Shown: positions 31,637 through 41,177 of the stretch, one piece after another | Layout of the letters: each line of letters opens with the position of its first letter | Position numbering within the stretch: position 1 is the stretch's first letter | DNA from: Nitrospinaceae bacterium | Lineage (GTDB): Bacteria > Nitrospinota > Nitrospinia > Nitrospinales > Nitrospinaceae | DNA length: 64,000 nucleotides | Direction: 5' to 3' | Assembly (NCBI GenBank): GCA_965237905.1 | Contig: OZ250172.1 | Span: forward strand, 640,001-704,000 | Program-made: the position numbers and the translations under genes | Notes under the pieces: generated by a model | What the model saw: only the letters and a program-made list of their open reading frames with translations | Told to the model about the DNA's origin: nothing | The model's database searches: none

Positions 31637-31662
31637 TGCAAATCCTTTCGAACTATCAAAAA

Positions 31663-34113
31663 TTATTTTTTAATCGTCACCCAGCTGACAGCTTTCCCTG
31701 CTTCGGCCAGAGACATCACTCCCTGTTCGTCGGAAACTTTCGGAAGCACTACGCCGCCCGGATTACACCGGTTGGACACGCGGACTTCGGCTCTCACTTC
31801 ATGGCCGTTGCCAGTGACGCGCACCTCGTCGCCTTCCTTCACGCCGAACGTGCTGGCATCGCTTTCATGCAGATGAACGGTGGCCGGCTGGAACTGATGC
31901 GCCAGATTCGACTCCGCATCGAGAATCTTGTCGTGACTGAACAACACATCCGCCACGCGCAGGACCAATCCATTGCCCGTGAGGGTTCCTTCGAGTGCGG
32001 GAGCGCCATTGGTAGACGGCACCGCCTCCCGGTTTTTGCCTTGCCTGCGAATAGCCGAGCGTTTGATTTCCTGATACCCGTTGACCTTTTCAGCGATCTC
32101 CGCTGTTATCGCATGCACGTCCTTGGGCGCCGCTTCCTGCCCCAGTTCTTTGGCCATCATGGAAACGATTTTCCAGTCAGCGGGGTTCTCGGCCGTCAAT
32201 CCTTTGGTGCGCAACTGCACCCGTCCGCCAATGTTGGTGGTGGTGCCTTCATCGAAACCGGGTCCATTGGAGGGCAGAACAATCTGCGCCAGTCTCGCGG
32301 TTTCGGTTTCCATCATGTCGTGCACCACCAGCAGATCGAGTTTCTTGAGAGCCTCTCCCATTTCATGGCCGCTGGGGAAATCGACGACCGGGTTGGAGCG
32401 GTATATCACCAGCGCTTTCAACTCTCCCGATTTGGCTTTTTCGATCATCTCCAAAGCCGACAATCCTTTTTCAAGCGGCGCAGTGTCACCCCATTTTGCC
32501 TTGATGGCGTCACCGTCGGATAACGCGACTCCGCCGGGATAGCAATCCGGAAGGATACCTATGTCCATCGCGCCGACTGCGTTGGTGACCGGGGCCGCCG
32601 GCATCGCACCGACAGTGGTCAGCCCACCCGCCGTGGCGAGGCATTGCTTTAAAGTATGAATGGAGGAACCGGTTAAGGCGGCGGGATTATAAATCACGCA
32701 CACTTTGCCCGCGCTTTTGATTTTCTCCGCAACCGTTTTCAGTTGATCTGCAGAAACACCTGTCTTACTTTCAATATCCGATCCCGCCGATTGCCCCTGC
32801 AGTGCCGCATTCAGTTCAGCCAGCACCGCGCCGTCCGACCCGATGTTGTAACGCATGGACAAGGTCGCGTATTTATCCATCAACGTCTGCTGATCGTTCA
32901 GCACGATCATTTGGACTCCCTGCCGCGTCATCGCTTTTTTGAGACGCAAATCGAGGATCGGCAGTTCTTCCGTCGGGTCGCTGGCGATCAACACCACCAG
33001 ATCGGACGTTTCCACGTCCAGCAGATCAAAATGCGCCACCGGCAGGCCCGGCGTGTCGGCATAGGTTTTGTGATCGATATTGTTGGTGCCGAGATTCAGC
33101 CGGAACAGTTTCTGATAGGAGTACAAATCTTCATTCAACCCGTAACCGGAACCGATGAATCCGATGCTGTGGGGTCCGTGCGCTTCCACAATTTCTTTTA
33201 GAGACGCCGCCACTTCCGCACAGGCTTCCTGAATACTCACAGCCTGCCCCTGTTTCCGGGGTTGAGTGATCCGGTTTTTGCTTTTTGTGAAGTCGTATCC
33301 CCAACGGGCCTTGTCGCAAATCCAGCCGTCGTCCACCAGATCGTTAGGCCGGGTGGTGACGCGTCTCATTTCGTTGAGGCGCGTGCCGAGCGTCATATTG
33401 CAGTTACAGGCGCAATGGCCGCACAGGGTGTTGGCGTTGGTGAGGTCCCATGACCGCGCGGTGAAACGGAAATCCGTATTGGTGAGCGCACCGACAGGAC
33501 AAATGTCGATGACATTGCCGGAGAACCGGGTGTCGTACGGTTCATCGTTGAAGGTAGACACGCGGTTCTGGAATCCCCGGTTGAGCATGACCAGCGCCTG
33601 GTCTTTCTCGATGATGTCGCTGTAACGCGTGCACCGCTGGCAGGCGATGCACCGTTCGCGGTCGATGGTGATCACCGGGCTGAGCGGCGTGGCCTTGTCG
33701 CGCTGGAAGCGGTTGTACTCCATGCGCGTATCCGGCGGGCCGAACTTGAACGTGTGGTCCTGGAGCGGACACTCGCCGCCCTTGTCGCACACCGGGCAGT
33801 CGAGAGGATGGTTGAGCAGGGTGAACTCCAACATGCCCTGTTGCGCTTTTTCCACTTTTTCCGTGTTGGTTTTGACCACCATGCCCTCGCCGGCGGCGAG
33901 CGTGCAGGCGGTGGTCAGCTTCGGCATTTTTTCCACCTCCACCAGGCACATGCGGCAACAGCCGAAGGGGCCGAGCTTTTTGTGGTAGCAGAAGACGGGA
34001 ATTTCGATATCCACCGTTTCGGCGGCGTCCACCACGATGGTTCCTTTGGGAACGGTCACAGACTTGCCGTCGATGGTCAATGTGACGGTATCGGTTTGGG
34101 TTGCGGTATCCAT
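31663..34113 (-). CDS. nuoG: NADH-quinone oxidoreductase subunit G
   Basis: CRMCLVE, NHPLDCPVCDKGGECPLQ, CIACQRC and an N7-type CGHCACNC motif. Confidence 0.95.
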   Translation of the reverse strand: MDTATQTDTVTLTIDGKSVTVPKGTIVVDAAETVDIEIPVFCYHKKLGPFGCCRMCLVEVEKMPKLTTACTLAAGEGMVVKTNTEKVEKAQQGMLEFTLLNHPLDCPVCDKGGECPLQDHTFKFGPPDTRMEYNRFQRDKATPLSPVITIDRERCIACQRCTRYSDIIEKDQALVMLNRGFQNRVSTFNDEPYDTRFSGNVIDICPVGALTNTDFRFTARSWDLTNANTLCGHCACNCNMTLGTRLNEMRRVTTRPNDLVDDGWICDKARWGYDFTKSKNRITQPRKQGQAVSIQEACAEVAASLKEIVEAHGPHSIGFIGSGYGLNEDLYSYQKLFRLNLGTNNIDHKTYADTPGLPVAHFDLLDVETSDLVVLIASDPTEELPILDLRLKKAMTRQGVQMIVLNDQQTLMDKYATLSMRYNIGSDGAVLAELNAALQGQSAGSDIESKTGVSADQLKTVAEKIKSAGKVCVIYNPAALTGSSIHTLKQCLATAGGLTTVGAMPAAPVTNAVGAMDIGILPDCYPGGVALSDGDAIKAKWGDTAPLEKGLSALEMIEKAKSGELKALVIYRSNPVVDFPSGHEMGEALKKLDLLVVHDMMETETARLAQIVLPSNGPGFDEGTTTNIGGRVQLRTKGLTAENPADWKIVSMMAKELGQEAAPKDVHAITAEIAEKVNGYQEIKRSAIRRQGKNREAVPSTNGAPALEGTLTGNGLVLRVADVLFSHDKILDAESNLAHQFQPATVHLHESDASTFGVKEGDEVRVTGNGHEVRAEVRVSNRCNPGGVVLPKVSDEQGVMSLAEAGKAVSWVTIKK

Positions 34114-34119
34114 CGATGT

Positions 34120-35385
34120 TTATCCTACAGGTTGCTCGGTTTTCAGGGTTCCCAGGAGTTCTTCGTAATCCTCACGGAATAACTGAATACTGCTGACCAC
34201 CGGCGCAACGGCGGCGTCGCCCAATGGACAAAAACATTTAAATTCCATGTTGTCGCAGATATCGATCAACAGGTCCAGCTGTTCGGGTTTCCCCACCTTG
34301 TTTTGAATTTCGGACAGAATCTGGTACATCCAGCGCGTGCCTTCCCGGCAGGGCGTGCATTTGCCGCAGGATTCGTGCATGTAAAAGCTGGTGATCCGCA
34401 GGGTTTCGGAGACCACGTTGGTGGTGTCATCCATCACGATGAGCGCGCCGGAGCCCAGCATCGAGCCGGCCGCCTGTAGGGATTCGTAATCGTAGGGCAC
34501 GTCCGCCTTGGACGCAGGCAACATGGGCACCGAGGACCCGCCGGGGATGAACGCTTTCAGCTTGTTGCCGTCGCGGATGCCGCCGGCGTATTTTTCGATC
34601 AGGTCGATGGTCGGCGTCCCCAGCGGAATTTCATAATTGCCCGGTTTGTTGACGTGACCCGACACGCTGACCAGTTTCGTGCCTTTACTCTTTTCGGTGC
34701 CGATGGCTGCGTAAGCCTCGGCTCCGTTCCTGACGATATAAGGAAGAGCGCACAGGGTTTCGACGTTGTTGACGATGGTCGGCTGGCCGTACAATCCTTT
34801 GACGGCCGGGAACGGCGGTTTCAGACGCGGTTCGCCCCGTTCCCCCTCCAACGACGACAACATAGCCGATTCCTCGCCGCAGATGTAGGCGCCCGCGCCC
34901 ATGTGTGTGTGGATATCGAAATTGAATCCGGTGCCCATAATGTTTTTGCCGAGGTAACCTTTGGCGTAAGCCTCTTCGACGGCCTTTTCCATGAGCGCCT
35001 CGTATTCCCAGAACTCGCCGCGCATATAGTTGTAACCGGTTTCAATCCGGCAGGCGTAAGAACACAGAATCATCCCTTCGATCAGGAGATGCGGATTCTT
35101 CATCAACAGTTCGCGGTCTTTGCAGGTACCGGGTTCCGATTCGTCTGCATTGCAGGCGAGGTAGCGTGGAAACACATCCTTGGCGAGGAAGCTCCATTTG
35201 AGTCCCGTAGGGAACCCCGCTCCGCCGCGTCCGCGCAGGCCAGAGGCTTTGACCATTTCCACAACCTCGTCCGGCTCCATCGCGAACGCTTTCTTGAGAG
35301 CCTGGTAGCCATCGAGTGTTTTTTCATACACGTCGATGGACGTCAGGTTCGGAGTATTGATGGCTTTGAACAGAATTTCAGTCAT
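34120..35385 (-). CDS. nuoF: NADH-quinone oxidoreductase subunit F
   Basis: GRGGAGFPTG, NADESEPG, GAGAYICGEE and ESCGKCTPCREG motifs. Confidence 0.97.
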   Translation of the reverse strand: MTEILFKAINTPNLTSIDVYEKTLDGYQALKKAFAMEPDEVVEMVKASGLRGRGGAGFPTGLKWSFLAKDVFPRYLACNADESEPGTCKDRELLMKNPHLLIEGMILCSYACRIETGYNYMRGEFWEYEALMEKAVEEAYAKGYLGKNIMGTGFNFDIHTHMGAGAYICGEESAMLSSLEGERGEPRLKPPFPAVKGLYGQPTIVNNVETLCALPYIVRNGAEAYAAIGTEKSKGTKLVSVSGHVNKPGNYEIPLGTPTIDLIEKYAGGIRDGNKLKAFIPGGSSVPMLPASKADVPYDYESLQAAGSMLGSGALIVMDDTTNVVSETLRITSFYMHESCGKCTPCREGTRWMYQILSEIQNKVGKPEQLDLLIDICDNMEFKCFCPLGDAAVAPVVSSIQLFREDYEELLGTLKTEQPVG

Positions 35386-35391
35386 AAGTTT

Positions 35392-35868
35392 TTATGGACA
35401 GGACTCCAGAACCTGATCTATCTTTTCCGGAGTCATGTTGACATGATATTTGTTGTTGATCTGCATCACCGGGGCCTCGCAACAGGCGGCCAGGCATTCT
35501 TCCTTCAGCAGGGTGAATTTTTTATCCGAGGTGGTCTCGCCTTCCTTGACCCCCAGTTTTTTCTCGGTGTATTCCATCAGGTTGTCGCACCCGTTGAGAT
35601 GACAACTGATATTAATGCAAAACTTGACGACGTACTTGCCCACCGGTTTGGTGTAGTACATCGAATAGAAGGTACAGACCGATTCGACGTAGGCCGGAGA
35701 CACATCCAGACGCTTGCCGATTTCAACCATCGCTTCCGCGGTGACGTACCCCTCCTGAGCCTGTGCCAGCGTCAGCAACGGCAGAAGCGCAGAGACTTTT
35801 CGTCCCTCGGGATATTTGGCCAGAATTTTTTCGATCCGGCTTTCGGAGGCTTCGGTATAAGCAAACAT
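35392..35868 (-). CDS. nuoE: NADH-quinone oxidoreductase subunit E
   Basis: TFYSMY, CINISC and ECLAAC motifs. Start at ATG 35868, overlapping the nuoD stop. Confidence 0.94.
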   Translation of the reverse strand: MFAYTEASESRIEKILAKYPEGRKVSALLPLLTLAQAQEGYVTAEAMVEIGKRLDVSPAYVESVCTFYSMYYTKPVGKYVVKFCINISCHLNGCDNLMEYTEKKLGVKEGETTSDKKFTLLKEECLAACCEAPVMQINNKYHVNMTPEKIDQVLESCP

Positions 35869-37070
35869 CAGCGGTCCACCTCCCCCATCACAATATCGAT
35901 GCTGCCGATGATGGCAACGACATCGGCGATAAACGCGCCATCCATCATTTTGCACATGCCGGGAATACCCATGAACGACGGCGCACGCAGTTTCATCCGG
36001 TAGGGCGTGTTGGACCCGTCGGAGACGATATAGAACCCAACCTCCCCGCGCGCACCCTCTGTGGGCACATAGGCCGAACCCCTGGGCACCTTGACACCAT
36101 CGGACACCAACTTGAAGTGGTGAATCAGCGATTCCATACTCGTGTGAAGCGTTTCGCGCGGCGGCAATGAAACCTTGTTGTCTTCAACTTTATAAGGTCC
36201 GTCCGGCAGGTTGTCGAGCGCCTGTTTGATGATTTCGCGGCTTTGCCGCATCTCTTCCACCCGCACCAGATAACGGTCGTAGATATCGCCATGATCCTGG
36301 GTGGGAACGTCAAATTTGAATTCGTCGTAACGCGAGTATGGCCGTTTTTTGCGCCAGTCCCAATCGAGTCCGGCGGCGCGCAGAACCGGACCGCTCATGC
36401 TCCAGTTCATCGCTTCCTCCTTGGTCATCGTGCCGATGCCGCGGGTGCGGTCGAGCCAGATCGGGTTGTTGGTGAGCAGGCTTTCGTATTCATCAATTTT
36501 GGCAGGAACATGATCGACGAACTTCCGGACTCCGTCCAGCCATTGCGGCGTCGCGTCCTGGGCCACCCCGCCGATACGGATGTAACTGGTCATCATCCGC
36601 ACACCGGAGATCATTTCGTTTAAATCCAGAATCATCTCGCGTTCGCGCCAGGCGTAGAGAAACACGGTCATCGCTCCGATGTCCAGCGCGTGCGTCCCCA
36701 GCCAGACCAGATGACTGCCGATGCGCCCCAGTTCGCACATGATGACGCGCAGGTAATCGGCGCGCGCAGGTAACTCCTGGAGACCCAGTAATCTCTCGAC
36801 GGTCAGGCAGAAGGCAAGGTTGTTTTGGGGCGGACTCAGATAATCGAGCCGGTCGGTCATGGGAATGCAATGCACGTACCGCTTGTTCTCGGCAGTCTTT
36901 TCGATGCCGGTGTGAAGAAACCCGATGTCCGGTTCAGCGGTCCTCACGATTTCGCCGTCCATCTCCAGGATCACGCGGAACACACCGTGTGTGCTGGGAT
37001 GTTGCGGACCCATGTTGAGGGTCATCGTGTCTTTATCGCGCTCGAGTAAGCCCTGTTCGGTTACGCCCAT
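35868..37070 (-). CDS. nuoD: NADH-quinone oxidoreductase subunit D
   Basis: NMGPQHPSTHGV, DRLDY and DIVMGEVDR motifs. Confidence 0.97.
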   Translation of the reverse strand: MGVTEQGLLERDKDTMTLNMGPQHPSTHGVFRVILEMDGEIVRTAEPDIGFLHTGIEKTAENKRYVHCIPMTDRLDYLSPPQNNLAFCLTVERLLGLQELPARADYLRVIMCELGRIGSHLVWLGTHALDIGAMTVFLYAWREREMILDLNEMISGVRMMTSYIRIGGVAQDATPQWLDGVRKFVDHVPAKIDEYESLLTNNPIWLDRTRGIGTMTKEEAMNWSMSGPVLRAAGLDWDWRKKRPYSRYDEFKFDVPTQDHGDIYDRYLVRVEEMRQSREIIKQALDNLPDGPYKVEDNKVSLPPRETLHTSMESLIHHFKLVSDGVKVPRGSAYVPTEGARGEVGFYIVSDGSNTPYRMKLRAPSFMGIPGMCKMMDGAFIADVVAIIGSIDIVMGEVDR

Positions 37071-37603
37071 GGATCGGCTTTCACGTCTTCTTGAGTTTTA
37101 ATGAGTTCGCTTTTGTGGTCGGGGTTGTAGGAAAAAGCAACTTCTTCCACCGTCAACGGATAATCCTTGAGCAGAGGATGCCCTTCCCAACCTTCCGGCA
37201 TGATCAACCGTTTTAAATTGGGATGGCCCGTGACGGTGAACCCGAACATGTCGTATAACTCCCGCTCGGGAAAATCGGCGCCCCGCCACAGATGAAATAC
37301 CGAAGGAATCGTCGGCTCGTCCTCCGGCAAACTCACATAAACGCGGATGTGACGATCCTTTGACAGGGAGAACAGTTCATACACCACATCGAACCGGGGT
37401 TCGCGGTCCTGTTCCAGGTAATCGACGCCGGTGATCTGCGACAGATAATCGAAATCCTTGTTTTGTTTCAGATCCTCCATCACCGCCAGCAACTGTTCCA
37501 CCGCCACATGAATGATACATTCTCCGTGGGGTGTCACTTCTGAGTGGGTGATCGCGGAACCAAAGGTCGCTTCGAGTTGTTCTTTAATCTCTTCGCTGGT
37601 CAT
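37061..37603 (-). CDS. nuoC: NADH-quinone oxidoreductase subunit C
   Basis: ERELYDMFG and GHPLLKDYP motifs; start at ATG 37603. Confidence 0.94.
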   Translation of the reverse strand: MTSEEIKEQLEATFGSAITHSEVTPHGECIIHVAVEQLLAVMEDLKQNKDFDYLSQITGVDYLEQDREPRFDVVYELFSLSKDRHIRVYVSLPEDEPTIPSVFHLWRGADFPERELYDMFGFTVTGHPNLKRLIMPEGWEGHPLLKDYPLTVEEVAFSYNPDHKSELIKTQEDVKADPWA

Positions 37604-38184
37604 GCCACCCTTTGCCTGGCTTTTTCGCTCCCGGCTTCTTTGAGAATTTTTTCCTGAAGCTTGATCACCCCATACAGGAGAGCTTCCGGACCCGGAGGGC
37701 AACCGGGAACGTAAACGTCGACGGGCACCACGCGGTCGACCCCTTGCACGATGGCGTAGTTGTTGAAAATACCACCACACGAAGAACAGGCGCCCATGGC
37801 AATGACCCATTTCGGCTCGGGCATCTGGTTGTAGATGCGTTTCAACACGGGTGCCATTTTCTGCGAGACCCGGCCGGAGACGATCATCAGATCCGCCTGA
37901 CGCGGGGAAGCGCGGAATACTTCGGCGCCGAACCGTGCCGCATCCCAACGGGAGTTGGCCATCGCCATCATTTCAATGGCGCAACAGGCCAGGCCGAACG
38001 TGGCTGGCCAGAGCGCGTTCTTCTGCGCCCATCCAACCACCTTGCCCAGCTTGGTGGTCAGTATGCTGTCGTACACCGCGCCGGAAAACTCCGCACCCAA
38101 TTGGTCCAGCGCCTCTTTGGCGTTCAATTTCAGATTATTGATTTCGGTCTCTATGTTATCGACCGCTTCATCTATCAATCCCAT
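37600..38184 (-). CDS. nuoB: NADH-quinone oxidoreductase subunit B
   Basis: [18 protein letters not shown] and VYVPGCPP motifs. Confidence 0.96.
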   Translation of the reverse strand: MGLIDEAVDNIETEINNLKLNAKEALDQLGAEFSGAVYDSILTTKLGKVVGWAQKNALWPATFGLACCAIEMMAMANSRWDAARFGAEVFRASPRQADLMIVSGRVSQKMAPVLKRIYNQMPEPKWVIAMGACSSCGGIFNNYAIVQGVDRVVPVDVYVPGCPPGPEALLYGVIKLQEKILKEAGSEKARQRVA

Positions 38185-38528
38185 TCCAAACCTCCCCGTC
38201 CCCAAATGAAGACGTACGCGACGGCCAAAATGGCCACGAAAACTATCATTTCGATCAATCCGAATACCTTGAGCTCATCCAGCGCCACCGCCCACGGGTA
38301 CATGAACACCACCTCGATATCAAAAATGATAAACAGCATGGCGATGGTGGCGAACCGCACCGGGAACCGCCCCTTGGCTTCCTCCGAGGGCAGCATGCCG
38401 CACTCGTAAGGCAGATTCTTTTCAACCGTGGAGTTCCTCGGTCCGAGGATAGACGAGAGCACAAGCACACCGCCCACTACGGCCAGCGCGACAATCGCAA
38501 AAATGATGACGAATAGATATTCACTCAC
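38175..38528 (-). CDS. nuoA: NADH-quinone oxidoreductase subunit A
   Basis: [20 protein letters not shown] and GGLEW motifs. Confidence 0.96.
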   Translation of the reverse strand: MSEYLFVIIFAIVALAVVGGVLVLSSILGPRNSTVEKNLPYECGMLPSEEAKGRFPVRFATIAMLFIIFDIEVVFMYPWAVALDELKVFGLIEMIVFVAILAVAYVFIWGRGGLEWD

Positions 38529-39032
38529 AGAACTGTGTCCGTAATGGATAGGTTTCCTAATTGGAAATCCGGGGAATTGCTTTTAGAACAAGAGTTTCAG
38601 CCCGATACACCAGGGTGGCCGAACCGCCCGGTTTTACTCAATCTGGTATTGTATCACTCCTACTTTTCCCACGCGGAAAAGTATTGGAGTTGGCGATTAT
38701 ATTCGGCCCTTAGGGACCTGTCAATTATTGATTTATCCAGCATTTCGGGCAATTTTCGCCGAACCTCGGAATACAGAAATACCGGTTTCTAAAGGCTTTA
38801 CGGGCGATCTGGCTTCTGTATTTTTGGGAGATTGGACGGCGAATCTAAAGGCAGGGGATTTCTCCGGAATAAGCCAGGTGTTCGCTTTCCGCAAAGGAAA
38901 AGACAGGCCCCACGGGAAAGAAAGGGTTAGGCCTTACTCCGGCACTTCGAGGTGGAGGCAATCTTCAAAAAAATAAATACCGCCCGACGAACAGGGGAAG
39001 TAATTAAAGCGTTCCAGATGCCCCAAATCGTA

Positions 39033-39063
39033 TTGACAAATATTGGCAAAGTATGCCAATATT
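39033..39063 (+). promoter_or_regulatory. parDE promoter -35 box with adjacent inverted-repeat operator
   Basis: TTGACA at 39033-39038, then aatattggca-N5-tgccaatatt at 39039-39063. Confidence 0.7.
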
Positions 39064-39084
39064 GATTTTCAATGGAGGTGAACA

Positions 39085-39318
39085 ATGAAAACCCTTAATG
39101 TTTCCTTGACCGGCCCCCTGCGGGAATGGATCGACGCCCAGGTGGATTCCGGCGAATATGCCAACGCCAGCGATTATATCCGGGATTTGATCCGACACGA
39201 TCAAACTCAGCGTGACGCCTTACGGCTCGCTCTCATTGAGGGAGAGCAAAGCGGGGTCAACAAGCGCAAAGTGGGTAAGATCATTCAATCCACCAAAGCA
39301 CGCCTGAAGAATGGCTGA
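39085..39318 (+). CDS. parD: ParD-family (RHH) antitoxin
   Basis: LNVSLT..LREWIDAQVDSGEYANASDYIRDLIR and LIEGEQSG motifs. Confidence 0.9.
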   Translation: MKTLNVSLTGPLREWIDAQVDSGEYANASDYIRDLIRHDQTQRDALRLALIEGEQSGVNKRKVGKIIQSTKARLKNG

Positions 39319-39601
39319 CTACGCCTTATCCAATCAGGCGGACCAAGATCTTACCGAAATTTACATATTTTCTTACCAGAAATTCGGCCCAGCCAAAGCG
39401 GACTCCTATTTATTGGCCCTCGAGGAAACTTTTTACTCTTTAGCTGAGAATCCTCATCTTGGAAAACAGATCGATTCCATTCGCAAGGGGTATTTCCGGT
39501 ACGAACATGTCAGCCACTCCATATTCTACAAAAGGAGGGGAAAGGATATTTTGATTGTCCGGGTCCTGCATCAGAAAATGGATACCAAACGGCATATCTA
39601 G
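39311..39601 (+). CDS. parE: ParE/RelE-family toxin
   Basis: YALSNQADQDL..I, FG..QA-like region, IRKGY and IVRVLHQKMD; overlaps parD. Confidence 0.9.
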   Translation: MADYALSNQADQDLTEIYIFSYQKFGPAKADSYLLALEETFYSLAENPHLGKQIDSIRKGYFRYEHVSHSIFYKRRGKDILIVRVLHQKMDTKRHI

Positions 39602-39641
39602 TAGCCTTGAATGCAGACAAATTACGAGGCTGACTTGGGAA

Positions 39642-40976
39642 TCACTCCGGCAATTCGAGGTGGAGGCGGTAGATCAGGCCGGAGGGGTTTTCTTCCGGCG
39701 CGGTGACGTCGGGCTTGGCGTAGTTGATGACTTCGAACGTCAGGGTGTTGGTGCCCTCCTTCAGGTACTGATCGAAATCGATGATGAAGGGGTCGGGGAA
39801 ATCCGCGCCGCCGTATTCCTGCTTCAGGGACACGTCGTTGACGGTGATGTGGCAGGTGTCGTCACTGCGCACGAACAGCTCCGCCCGCTTCACCGATTGG
39901 ACCTTGCCGTCGGGAACGCCGAACTGCAAACGAAATTGATTCTTGCTTCCCGTTTTGGCTTCTTCGAGGGTGATCTGTTCGCGAATCCATACCCATTGAC
40001 TGCCCTTGATGCCCCGCCACTGGTTGAGAGGATCGCAGATCACCGCCGGCTTCCAGCTCTTCGTTGCGGCATCGTAATACTCCGTCTCTTCTCCGCTGAC
40101 AAAGACCTGGGTGCGGGTTTCCTCTTCGGACGGCTTGTGCGGTTCCGGCGATTGGGGCTTGCTCTCTTCCCAGAACGTCCGGTTCAGCTCCGTATAATAA
40201 TCGTAAAGGCCGTTTTTCTTTTTGACCAGTACCATGCTGGGACGCGGATGGTTGCGGCCCAGGTATGGACCGATATCGGCGATCATAAACCCGTTCGAAC
40301 TGCCTTCATCCACGGAAATAAAGGAATGCGAGGGTATCGTCTTGTAGGTATTCACCTGCAGTTTTCCTTTGGCGGACGGATTGGCCTCCTCAATCTCTTC
40401 CTGCAGTTTTTGCAGAAGGAGCAAAGAGGTTTTGATCTCATTCTTGAACGTGGCCTTGCCGCCGATTTGCCTGGTGATAATCTCGACGATTTCCGAATCG
40501 GGGTCGATGACCAGCAGTTTGACGGTAATACCGTTCAAGGCTTTTTCCCTCAGCAGTTCACGGCTTCCGGTGGAAATGGACAACAGGGATGTGCCGCCGA
40601 TAAAAATCTCGCGCTTGACGTCCTTGAACAAATTCTGAAAGGTGAACGCCTGGCCCAACTCCGAGCGGTTTTTGTAAATCCCCTGAATGCCCAACCGCAC
40701 GGCATCGGGGTTGACGATATCCTGCAGGGCTTCCTTGTATTCATTGAACGTGAGTTCCCGCAGAAACAATTCGTAACCCAGGGACACGACACCGATCATT
40801 GAGATCAGCAGGGAGAATTCCTTGACCGGATCCAGCCAGATGCTCTCGTGCGGGATTATTTTACCCGCCCCCATGTACAACGCGGCCCCGGTTACAAAGA
40901 TCATCACCGCCAGGAACATGACCCGATCGCGTATCCAGGACCGGACTCGAATGCTTTTTTTATTGTGTTTTTCCAT
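39642..40976 (-). CDS. Hypothetical protein: 2 TM, DUF5919/PLD-like alpha/beta domain, C-terminal carbohydrate-binding-like beta sandwich
   Basis: Two N-terminal hydrophobic helices; IFIGGTSL...VKLLVIDPDS; then QWVW...SDD...LKEGTNTLTFEVIN...NPSGL. Confidence 0.6.
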   Translation of the reverse strand: MEKHNKKSIRVRSWIRDRVMFLAVMIFVTGAALYMGAGKIIPHESIWLDPVKEFSLLISMIGVVSLGYELFLRELTFNEYKEALQDIVNPDAVRLGIQGIYKNRSELGQAFTFQNLFKDVKREIFIGGTSLLSISTGSRELLREKALNGITVKLLVIDPDSEIVEIITRQIGGKATFKNEIKTSLLLLQKLQEEIEEANPSAKGKLQVNTYKTIPSHSFISVDEGSSNGFMIADIGPYLGRNHPRPSMVLVKKKNGLYDYYTELNRTFWEESKPQSPEPHKPSEEETRTQVFVSGEETEYYDAATKSWKPAVICDPLNQWRGIKGSQWVWIREQITLEEAKTGSKNQFRLQFGVPDGKVQSVKRAELFVRSDDTCHITVNDVSLKQEYGGADFPDPFIIDFDQYLKEGTNTLTFEVINYAKPDVTAPEENPSGLIYRLHLELPE

Positions 40977-41177
40977 CGTCTCTCAAAACAACAAGGGGTT
41001 CACATCTCAAGGAAGGCATCAAATAACTCTACTGATTTGATATTACAGGAAATACAGGAGTTTCACAAGGCAGGCCGGGCAACGCCCGGAGGAAACTTAA
41101 AAACCTGGCAGGCGAAGGGAACGTTTCTATCGCGCCATAACGCCTCAGCGAAATTGGCCCTGCGCCGAGCAGGCCGG

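Noticed and set aside
34654..36003. 449-aa plus-strand ORF, and similar long ORFs at 31636-32523, 39555-40802, 40848-41981 and 51734-53014
   Set aside because: Antisense shadows of well-supported minus-strand genes; no recognisable motifs
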